Positions 20,460 to 27,873 of a stretch of DNA of 64,000 bases are shown one piece after another. Under the pieces are notes generated by a model. It saw only the letters and a program-made list of their open reading frames with translations, was not told where the DNA came from and did not search any database. The stretch's first letter is position 1. Each line of letters starts with the position of its first letter. A program made the position numbers and the translations under genes. The DNA comes from Treponemataceae bacterium (GTDB taxonomy: Bacteria > Spirochaetota > Spirochaetia > Treponematales > Rectinemataceae), in assembly GCA_963678065.2 (NCBI GenBank), contig CAXXVZ010000003.1, positions 384,001 to 448,000 of the forward strand. The letters run 5' to 3'.

Positions 20460-20560
20460 GATTAATAATTCGAGACCCAAAAAATAATTACGACAAATTG
20501 TCCGCGTGGTGAATCTGCAAAACTGCTGTCTGGTGTCCGAGTGGAACATGAGGCCGACTG

Positions 20561-22987
20561 TCAGTGATCGGGATGGAAGTCCTGTGGAAGGGATTCGGGC
20601 GGAGAGACTCCAGGTACATTGCGCGAGGATTCCGGCTGGGCAGGTGCTTCCGGTGCCGCTGTAATCGCTTTTAGGGGAGCGACAATTCTCTCGGCGGCCT
20701 TTTTTTGTCCGGGAAGTCTCCCTCTGGCCTCGAGCCGCGCGAGTTCCTCGAAGGGGTCCTTCGCGTTCTCTTCGTATCCCGCGCGGAGATCGTCGAGATA
20801 GTGGGACAGTTCGTCGGCCTTAGTCCGGATCTGGCTGAATCCAGCGTCGACTTCCTCCGCTCCCGAAGCTTTGAGTCTGGCCATGTCGAGCCGCATCTGC
20901 TTCAATTGGTTGACCGAGGAGCCGAGACGGAGACGGATGACTTCGCTCTGATCCTTGAGTTCGCGGAAGGAATATTCCTGCTTTTCGATTTCCGCGATAC
21001 TTGACTGGTACTCGGCCTTGAGTGTGGAACTTTCGGAAGCGAGAGCCTTGGATGCGAGTGTAGCCTTGTCCTTCTGCAGCTCTTCCATGGGTATCGCTTC
21101 GATGAGCCTGTCGATCTCGTTGGCGGACTGGGCGAGGAGCCTCACCTGCCCCATATAGCGTTCCAGGCTGGGTCTGATGTCTTCCCCCGCAGTCGCTTTC
21201 ATGTCGGCAAGCTGTTCTTCGAGAGCCTGCCGCGCACGTTCCGCGTCGCGGTACATCTCGGCGTAGGAGCCGAGAGCCTGGTCGAGATTCTGCCTGTCCT
21301 CTTTTGCCCGTTTGAGACCGCGTGTGCCACCGCTGATCTTGATCGCCTTGAAAATTGATTTCTTCAGGGCAGGGACGCTGGAAACATAGGTGAGAAGGTG
21401 AATCACGAGAGAGAAAGCGAGGGCTCCGGTCGGGATGAGGAACCACGGCGTCGAGGGTGAGGTGAGGAGATTGATGACGGCGAGGAGCATGGGCACAGTT
21501 ATCGCGCTCACGGTATGTCCCGACATCGAGTTGCGCTCCTTGTTGAGCCGCTTGAGATCCTCGAGTGTGCGGGCGTCGAGGTCGGGCATGACTTCGGCTT
21601 CCCTCGCTTCGGAATTGAGCCGGATCGAGTCGACGATGTTGCCGACAAGTCCGATTCCCCAGGATGCCGTGACGATAGCGGCCCACAGGAAGGAGCGGGA
21701 CGTGGTGAGGTTGAGGTACCACAGACCGGCGTTGACCATGAGGAAGGTGGCAAAATGGGCGCGGAGGCCATTGCTGACCTTCTTGGCCTTTTCCAGCAGC
21801 TTGTCGCGGTAGAGTTCGAAGTGGGTCGGACCAGGAGAGGCATTCGCCTCATCGCGCAACCGGGACTGTGAATCGCGTCTGCGGCCCGGACGGTACCGTC
21901 CTTCGTCTATGGCTTCGCGCGCCCTGCGCTTGATCTCCTCTTTGAATTCACGTCTGTTCTCTCTCGACGCGTGACGGGAGCTGTGATCGGCGGCGAGTCC
22001 CCCCTTGCCGTGAACGCTGGACTCTATGCTTCTCTCGATTTCCGATACTATTCCGTGGACGGCGTTCTCGATGCTGCGTCCGATGTCGCTCTGGGTGTAG
22101 GTCGGACGATTGTCGGGATTATCGGATTCGGAGCCATGATCGCCGGAAGGATCTGCCTGGCCGGCATACGGACGCCCCGAGCCCTGTGGACCGAGCCGCG
22201 AGCCTTCATTCTGGGGAGGCATATCCTTCCTGAGAATGCCTCGCTCGGCGAGCGAGGCGATGACTTCAGCCGCCTCGACGCCATAATATCCGTATTTTTC
22301 CCGCGCTTCCCTGACTGACATCCTCTTACCGGAGGTTTTGATCTCCGAGAGGATGGCGTTCCGTATTTTTGCGAGGATGTCCAGGGATCCCGTTTCGCTG
22401 TATTCCCTGTCAGGCGGCGATCCAGGCGCGTTGCGGGGCTTGTCTTCACCCGCGGGAGCAAGTCCGGTATTGGGACTGGCGATCTCGTAGGCCCTGATCT
22501 CTTTTGAAATGTTCTTAAGCGTGACCGAGCCGAGAGACTGGGCGGAAAAATCGATTTTATTGAGGACAAGATTGTAGACGTCCTGAGAAATGCAGATCGA
22601 GCCGGGCTTTGCGAGTCCCTGGAGGCGGGCCGCGATATTTATACCCTCGCCGAGTGCGTCATTCTCGAAAAAGTAGATATCGCCGAGATGAACGCCGATG
22701 CGGACGAGGAGGGGAGAGCCGGGGTTGGAGGAATTTCTCTTGTACAGCTCATCCTGAATTTCCACCGCGCTGACGACGGCTTCGACCGTGTTCTTGAAGT
22801 CGACGAGAAAGGCGTCGCCTATCGTCTTTATGACAGTGCCATGATGTTTCAGGACGATGGTGGTTATAAGCTTGTTGTGCCAGGAAAGAGTCTCGAGCGT
22901 GCCCGACTCGTCCTTCTCCATCATTTTCGAGAAGCCGGCGATGTCCGTGTACATTATCGCGGCAAGGCGGTAGTCTTTCTGTTCCAT
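20561..22987 (-). CDS. Class III adenylate cyclase fused to two 2TM modules and a C-terminal coiled coil
   Basis: YTDIAGFS, KTIGDA, RIGVHLGD, DALGEGINIAARL; hydrophobic hairpins HFATFLMVN..WGIGL and HTVSAITVP..WFLIP. Confidence 0.85.
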   Translation of the reverse strand: MEQKDYRLAAIMYTDIAGFSKMMEKDESGTLETLSWHNKLITTIVLKHHGTVIKTIGDAFLVDFKNTVEAVVSAVEIQDELYKRNSSNPGSPLLVRIGVHLGDIYFFENDALGEGINIAARLQGLAKPGSICISQDVYNLVLNKIDFSAQSLGSVTLKNISKEIRAYEIASPNTGLAPAGEDKPRNAPGSPPDREYSETGSLDILAKIRNAILSEIKTSGKRMSVREAREKYGYYGVEAAEVIASLAERGILRKDMPPQNEGSRLGPQGSGRPYAGQADPSGDHGSESDNPDNRPTYTQSDIGRSIENAVHGIVSEIERSIESSVHGKGGLAADHSSRHASRENRREFKEEIKRRAREAIDEGRYRPGRRRDSQSRLRDEANASPGPTHFELYRDKLLEKAKKVSNGLRAHFATFLMVNAGLWYLNLTTSRSFLWAAIVTASWGIGLVGNIVDSIRLNSEAREAEVMPDLDARTLEDLKRLNKERNSMSGHTVSAITVPMLLAVINLLTSPSTPWFLIPTGALAFSLVIHLLTYVSSVPALKKSIFKAIKISGGTRGLKRAKEDRQNLDQALGSYAEMYRDAERARQALEEQLADMKATAGEDIRPSLERYMGQVRLLAQSANEIDRLIEAIPMEELQKDKATLASKALASESSTLKAEYQSSIAEIEKQEYSFRELKDQSEVIRLRLGSSVNQLKQMRLDMARLKASGAEEVDAGFSQIRTKADELSHYLDDLRAGYEENAKDPFEELARLEARGRLPGQKKAAERIVAPLKAITAAPEAPAQPESSRNVPGVSPPESLPQDFHPDH

Positions 22988-23029
22988 ATGTTTACAGGAT
23001 GTAAGGATAGGCGCGCTGCAGGCTCAGAG

Positions 23030-24910
23030 TCAATCCGTTTTCGGGCATGTACAAACCTCAAATGCGATTTCTTGCAAGGGAATGTCGATCCGGGAGACTT
23101 TCACGATGATGGTCTCATCGAGCGAATGCTCCCCGGAGAGTCTCAGCTTTGCCTCCAGGCCGATTTCCGGTATATAAGCGAGCCACAGGCCTTGGCCGGA
23201 TGAGGAAACGAGGATGGCCTCTCCTTTCCAGTCGGGATGCCGGGAAAGCCAGACGAGACACCAGTGGAGTTCGCTCGCCCGCTCCGCCTGCCTGTTAGGT
23301 GCCTGTGAAGCTTGTGCCAGAGCGCATCTTTTCCCGACTTCGTCCGCGTCGAGAGGGTGACGTCCTTCCAGAATGGCGTGTATCTGCATGTGTCCGAGGA
23401 GATCCTGGTAGCGGCGAAGCGGACTCGTCGTCTGGGCGTAGAAAGGCAGGCCAAGGCCGCGGTGCGCGCCGGGGCTTGGCCCGAGCATGCCGGCCCGCAT
23501 TCCCCTGCGGCGGCTGAACTGCAGGGAGAGTGAATTCCCATCTTGCCCCTTTTCTCCTGGGATACTCGGGGCCTCCTGACTGTAGAAGGGGAATGCGAGT
23601 CCTCTCTTGAAGGCCCAGATAGCCGCTGCTTCTCCGGCGAGCAGCATGAATTCCCGGACTATTTCAGAGGATCGGAATGATCCGGGTCTATGAATGACGA
23701 CTTCCCCTGATTCGACGTGTACTCTGACCTCGGGAATCGCAATTTCGACGGATCCGTTGGCTGTCCGGCGTTTCGTCCTCAGTGCCGCGATGCGGTCGAA
23801 AGCGGCCAGATCGACATCTCCCTTTGCGAGGAGGCGATCCGCCTCTCCATAGTGTGTCCGCCTGACCCGGACTCGGGAGCTGAGAACTTCGACCTCGGAG
23901 ACATAGCCTTCGGCGTTCAGCTCTACCCGGAAGGAGAGCGCGGGCGATGTCGGGGCAAGCCCGAGTCCGTAGCGCTCCAGGGTTTCGTCGGGGAGCATGG
24001 GCGAGGTCAGTTCGGGGAGATAGAGTGTCGCTCCCCGCGATAGAGCTTCCCTGTCGGCCGGACTTTCGGGAAGGATGGCCGCGGCAGGGTCGGCCACATG
24101 AATCCATATATCTTTTCCGTCCCAGCCGATGGCGTCGTCGGGGTCCTTGGACCACTCGTTGTCGATCGCCCACGAAGTGAAGCTGATCAGATCCCTGCGG
24201 GACGCTTCCGATGTCGTCTCATCTCCGAGAGCGAGGAGAGGCGCCTTGAGCGGGCATCCTGAACGGGAAGGATGAGGATTTGTCGCGATTTCCCACCAAC
24301 CGCAGGCGACGAGAAAAGCATGTGCGGCTTCGGGTGTTTCCTTTATACCCAGGTCGACGGCAATCCTGCTTTTCTCGGTTTTCCCCAGCGCAAGGGCCTC
24401 GATTTCGCCCATGAATCGCGCGTCAGGCTCGGTCTTCTCCAGCCTGCCGCCTCTCTTCACAGCCTTGGCCCGCAGAATGAACGCTGTCCTTTCCGCGAGT
24501 TCGGCGGATTTCTTTTCGCGCCGCGCGGTTTCGCGAAGGAGGTCGGCGTCTCCGCGAGCCCAGGGCAGCCCGTCGTCGAGAACAAACAGAAGCCCGCCCG
24601 AGGCGCACTCGAAGCAGGCCATGACTTCGCCAGGACCTGTGAGGCCGAATACGAGTTCGGCAAGCTCTTCCCAAGAACTGCGGACGGGAGATTCAGAGTC
24701 GCCTGCGAGCATCCTGCGCGCCGTGTCGAAATCCCCGCCCGATGAAGGTCCGGGGATGGTTTTTACCGGACCTTCGTGGAGGATGCGGATGTCCTTGTCC
24801 CGAACCTTCACGGATGAGCCGTCTTCCGTCCGTATTTCGATGCGGTCGCGGGCTTCCCTGACCAGAGCGGGTCTATTCTTGTAGATGACGAGGTTGTCTG
24901 CCCGGAACAT
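23030..24910 (-). CDS. RNB-domain exoribonuclease (RNase II/R family)
   Basis: AIDNEWSKDPDDAI, IHVADP, RGATLYLP, EFMLLA, YAQTTSPLRRYQDL. Confidence 0.9.
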   Translation of the reverse strand: MFRADNLVIYKNRPALVREARDRIEIRTEDGSSVKVRDKDIRILHEGPVKTIPGPSSGGDFDTARRMLAGDSESPVRSSWEELAELVFGLTGPGEVMACFECASGGLLFVLDDGLPWARGDADLLRETARREKKSAELAERTAFILRAKAVKRGGRLEKTEPDARFMGEIEALALGKTEKSRIAVDLGIKETPEAAHAFLVACGWWEIATNPHPSRSGCPLKAPLLALGDETTSEASRRDLISFTSWAIDNEWSKDPDDAIGWDGKDIWIHVADPAAAILPESPADREALSRGATLYLPELTSPMLPDETLERYGLGLAPTSPALSFRVELNAEGYVSEVEVLSSRVRVRRTHYGEADRLLAKGDVDLAAFDRIAALRTKRRTANGSVEIAIPEVRVHVESGEVVIHRPGSFRSSEIVREFMLLAGEAAAIWAFKRGLAFPFYSQEAPSIPGEKGQDGNSLSLQFSRRRGMRAGMLGPSPGAHRGLGLPFYAQTTSPLRRYQDLLGHMQIHAILEGRHPLDADEVGKRCALAQASQAPNRQAERASELHWCLVWLSRHPDWKGEAILVSSSGQGLWLAYIPEIGLEAKLRLSGEHSLDETIIVKVSRIDIPLQEIAFEVCTCPKTD

Positions 24911-24977
24911 CGGTTCTCCATCGCGTCGAAGTATGTAATCAGTATATCGGAAGGGCCTGGAAGAAAATAGGCAACTG

Positions 24978-25006
24978 TTGCACAGTCTCCCGGTTTATGA
25001 TATGAT
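24978..25006 (+). promoter_or_regulatory. Promoter for the small membrane protein gene
   Basis: TTGCAC-17 bp-TATGAT with extended TG. Confidence 0.6.
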
Positions 25007-25043
25007 TTTTACTTGTCTGATCGCCATGAAAGGAGATGACACT

Positions 25044-25274
25044 ATGGTAGCTTTGATAGTCGGAATTGTCCTTTTCGCTTTTGCCGTCGCGGCCTGCGTG
25101 CCCGGATTGCTCGGCTGGGGTCCGGATGTTCTCGCTTTTTTGAGGGGGGCCATCCCCGTCATTTCCGCCTTCATAGCGCTCATCGCAGTGTTTATCGGCC
25201 TCGCCGACATCAAGGATCGCCGGGAAGCCAAGAAAGAAGAGGAAGCAGAGAAGAAGCCCGAATCCAAGGCTTGA
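25044..25274 (+). CDS. Small two-TM membrane protein with a charged tail (hypothetical)
   Basis: AAGGAG RBS, two hydrophobic helices, DIKDRREAKKEE tail. Confidence 0.8.
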   Translation: MVALIVGIVLFAFAVAACVPGLLGWGPDVLAFLRGAIPVISAFIALIAVFIGLADIKDRREAKKEEEAEKKPESKA

Positions 25275-25513
25275 TTGTTCGTTGGTCCTTGCAGATTCGT
25301 CCGGTCCTGCCTGCTTCGCAGGACTGACCGGGCAGCAGATGGACGGTTTTCGCGGAAAAAGAACCAGTGCGAAGTGGAATGGGCCAGCCCCGGGTATCGT
25401 TTCACGGGCTGCCATATCGGATGCAGTGTGGTATGCCTTGACACAATTCCTTATCTGTGGGAATATCGTTCCGCTATTCAGCACATTACACTCGAAACTG
25501 AAGGTATACATTT

Positions 25514-25942
25514 ATGAAGACCGTATTTGTTACGCCCCAGACGGCAGAGCGCGCGTGGTACCTTATCGACGCCGAAGGAAAACCCCTCGGCCGCGTCGCA
25601 GCCAAAGTCGCAGGCATGCTCAGGGGCAAGCATAAACCTACCTACACTCCTTCCCAGGAGACCGGTGATTTTGTCGTCATTATCAACGCAGAAAAAGTGG
25701 CGATCTCCGGACGCAAGCGCCAGGACAAGATGTACTACCACCACTCGGGATTCCCAGGCGGACTCAAGGATTTCACCTTCCGTCAGCTTATCGAGCGGAA
25801 ACCCATCGCCCCGATGGAGAGAGCCGTGTATGGCATGCTTCCCAAGGGTCCCCTTGGCCGCAAACTCTACAAGAACGCGAAGATCTATGCCGGTGCAGAC
25901 CACCCGCATGCCGCACAGCAGCCCATCGTCATCGAACTGTAA
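25514..25942 (+). CDS. rplM: 50S ribosomal protein L13
   Basis: [38 protein letters not shown]. Confidence 0.97.
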   Translation: MKTVFVTPQTAERAWYLIDAEGKPLGRVAAKVAGMLRGKHKPTYTPSQETGDFVVIINAEKVAISGRKRQDKMYYHHSGFPGGLKDFTFRQLIERKPIAPMERAVYGMLPKGPLGRKLYKNAKIYAGADHPHAAQQPIVIEL

Positions 25943-25957
25943 GGGAAGGGGAAATCA

Positions 25958-26350
25958 ATGATCAGGAATCTTGGTATAGGAACCGGAAGGCGCAAGTGCG
26001 CAGTGGCCCGTGTCTTCCTCCGTGAAGGTACCGGCAAAGTCGTGGTGAACGGACTGGAGCTCAACAAGTATTTCAAGCTCGGCGAGCATGTCCTCGTGGT
26101 GCGCCAGCCTCTCATGGTCACTGCCTCCGAGAACAAGTATGACATCCTCATCACTGTGACTGGCGGAGGAATGTCCGGCCAGGCCGGCGCCTGCTCCCAC
26201 GGCGTGGCCAGAGCTCTCTCTCAGCTCGATCCGACCAACCACACATCCCTCAGGACCAATGGCCTCCTGACCCGCGACTCCCGCATGGTGGAGCGCAAAA
26301 AATACGGTCAGCGCGGCGCACGCAGACGCTTCCAGTTCTCCAAGCGCTAA
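25958..26350 (+). CDS. rpsI: 30S ribosomal protein S9
   Basis: GTGRRK, GGGMSGQAGA, LTRDSRMVERKKYG, QFSKR. Confidence 0.97.
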   Translation: MIRNLGIGTGRRKCAVARVFLREGTGKVVVNGLELNKYFKLGEHVLVVRQPLMVTASENKYDILITVTGGGMSGQAGACSHGVARALSQLDPTNHTSLRTNGLLTRDSRMVERKKYGQRGARRRFQFSKR

Positions 26351-26353
26351 ATC

Positions 26354-26986
26354 GTGTCTGTGCGGATCGACTCCGTACGAATCGATGCCTCCGGAACCGC
26401 GACTCTCGCGGCCGGAGGTTTTGTTTTTTGCATGCCCCTGCTCAGTTTCATGGAAGCCGGCTGCGATCCCAGGTCAGTGAAGCCGGGAGACCTTCTGGAA
26501 GACAGTATTTCCGAGCGGCTGGAGGAATCGCAGAAATGCCACGAGTGTTTCCTGAAAGGACTCTCGCTCGCGTCGCGGGCCGAACAGAGCGCCGCCATGG
26601 TCGCCGCAAAGCTTTCGGTCCGGGGATACCGGAGATCGTATGTCGAGTCCGCTGTTGCCCGCCTCGTGGCACAGGGGTTCATCGACGACAGAAGGTTCGC
26701 GGCCGCCTATGCCGCGCTTCGCTGTGCGACCAAAGCAGAGGGGCCGGCCAGCCTGCTTGCGGGATTGCGGCAAAAAGGCCTCTCGGCGGAAGACGCGGAG
26801 GAGGCAGTCGCGGAAGCCTTCCCGGAAGAAATGCGACGTGATAGACTGGCGGATTCGGCGCGGCGCCTCACGAAAAAGGGCATGAAGGGCGAAAAGCTCT
26901 ATCTACGCCTCAGAAAACTCGGATTCCGGCGTACGGAAATCCTTGAAGCGGGCTTGGATCCGCCAGAAGATGAAATCCCTCTCTGA
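26354..26986 (+). CDS. recX: RecX-family regulatory protein
   Basis: SRAEQS...KL..RGY, GFIDDRRFA, GP..L...LRQKGL, LRKLGF. Confidence 0.82.
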   Translation: MSVRIDSVRIDASGTATLAAGGFVFCMPLLSFMEAGCDPRSVKPGDLLEDSISERLEESQKCHECFLKGLSLASRAEQSAAMVAAKLSVRGYRRSYVESAVARLVAQGFIDDRRFAAAYAALRCATKAEGPASLLAGLRQKGLSAEDAEEAVAEAFPEEMRRDRLADSARRLTKKGMKGEKLYLRLRKLGFRRTEILEAGLDPPEDEIPL

Positions 26987-27023
26987 TCGTGATATCTATT
27001 TTGTTGTACTTATTTATATTCTC

Positions 27024-27052
27024 TTGACATATCTTCGCATTCGTTCCACAAT
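27024..27052 (+). promoter_or_regulatory. Promoter with an AT-rich upstream tract
   Basis: TTGACA-17 bp-CACAAT preceded by AT-rich sequence. Confidence 0.6.
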
Positions 27053-27087
27053 AGTAGAGAACGTTGTTGAACTGGAGGGTTCTTCGC

Positions 27088-27741
27088 ATGGATGACGATA
27101 TCCTCACTATTGAAGAAGTTGCCCGCTATCTTCGAGTATCCGAACGGACTGTCTACGACTGGGCCCAGAAAGGAGAGATCCCTTCCGGAAAAATCGGAAC
27201 CGTCTGGCGCTTCAAGAAGACGGAGATCGAGCGATGGGTCAATGAGAGGCTCTCTTCGAACAAGTCTTCGGGAAACTTCGGCGTTGTCCAGGTGCAGAAT
27301 ATCATATCGCCTGACCGTATCCTTTTCCTCAGCCATTCCAAGAAGCGAGACGCCCTCGTCGCGCTCGCGGAAAATCTCGCCTCCGCTCCACAGGTCAAGA
27401 ATCGCCAGGAGATCGTCGCCGAGATACTGAGGCGCGAAGAGCTCATGAGCACTGCCATCGGGCGCGGAATCGCCATCCCGCACATCCGCCTCTCGTCCGT
27501 GACGGATCTCGTCGTCTCGGTCGGAATTTCGCAGTGCGACATCATTGATTTCCAGTCTCTGGACGATGTGCCTGTCAGGCTTCTCTTCATGATCGCCGCG
27601 GCGTACAATCAGCACGCCTACTATCTTCAGACTCTCTCGTTCTTCAGTTCCAGATTGAAGGGCACCGAGCTTCGGACCCAGCTCCTCGAGTGCAAGACCC
27701 CGCAAGAGGTGTACAAACTCCTTGTGAGCCAGGACGAATAA
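27088..27741 (+). CDS. ptsN: Excisionase-type HTH fused to PTS EIIA(Ntr)
   Basis: LTIEEVARYLRVSERTVYDW..GEIP..KIG..WRF, then REELMSTAIGRGIAIPH. Confidence 0.85.
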   Translation: MDDDILTIEEVARYLRVSERTVYDWAQKGEIPSGKIGTVWRFKKTEIERWVNERLSSNKSSGNFGVVQVQNIISPDRILFLSHSKKRDALVALAENLASAPQVKNRQEIVAEILRREELMSTAIGRGIAIPHIRLSSVTDLVVSVGISQCDIIDFQSLDDVPVRLLFMIAAAYNQHAYYLQTLSFFSSRLKGTELRTQLLECKTPQEVYKLLVSQDE

Positions 27742-27775
27742 AAGCACAGCCAGCTAAGCCGGGATGGTGGCCGGC

Positions 27776-27804
27776 ACAAGGCGCTCCTTCGGGGGCGCCT
27801 TTGT
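27776..27804 (+). terminator. Intrinsic terminator
   Basis: AAGGCGCTCC-TTCG-GGGGCGCCTTTGT followed by T-rich sequence. Confidence 0.75.
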
Positions 27805-27873
27805 CTTGTTGAGGAGGCCTTTGCGTGCTAGATTTGGCCTGGAAAGAAAAAGGATAATCGAAAGGAATCAGCG

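Noticed and set aside
20561..22987. Pycsar/CBASS defence call for the cyclase
   Set aside because: The specificity residues look ATP-type, there is no separate effector gene and the neighbours are housekeeping genes; kept only as a remote possibility
25275..25513. Possible L13 leader RNA or ncRNA upstream of rplM
   Set aside because: Only short GC hairpins are present, and the TTGACA has no well-spaced -10; unsupported without a covariance search
27088..27250. Excisionase-like HTH suggesting a prophage or ICE
   Set aside because: It is fused to EIIA in a housekeeping context, with no integrase or att repeats
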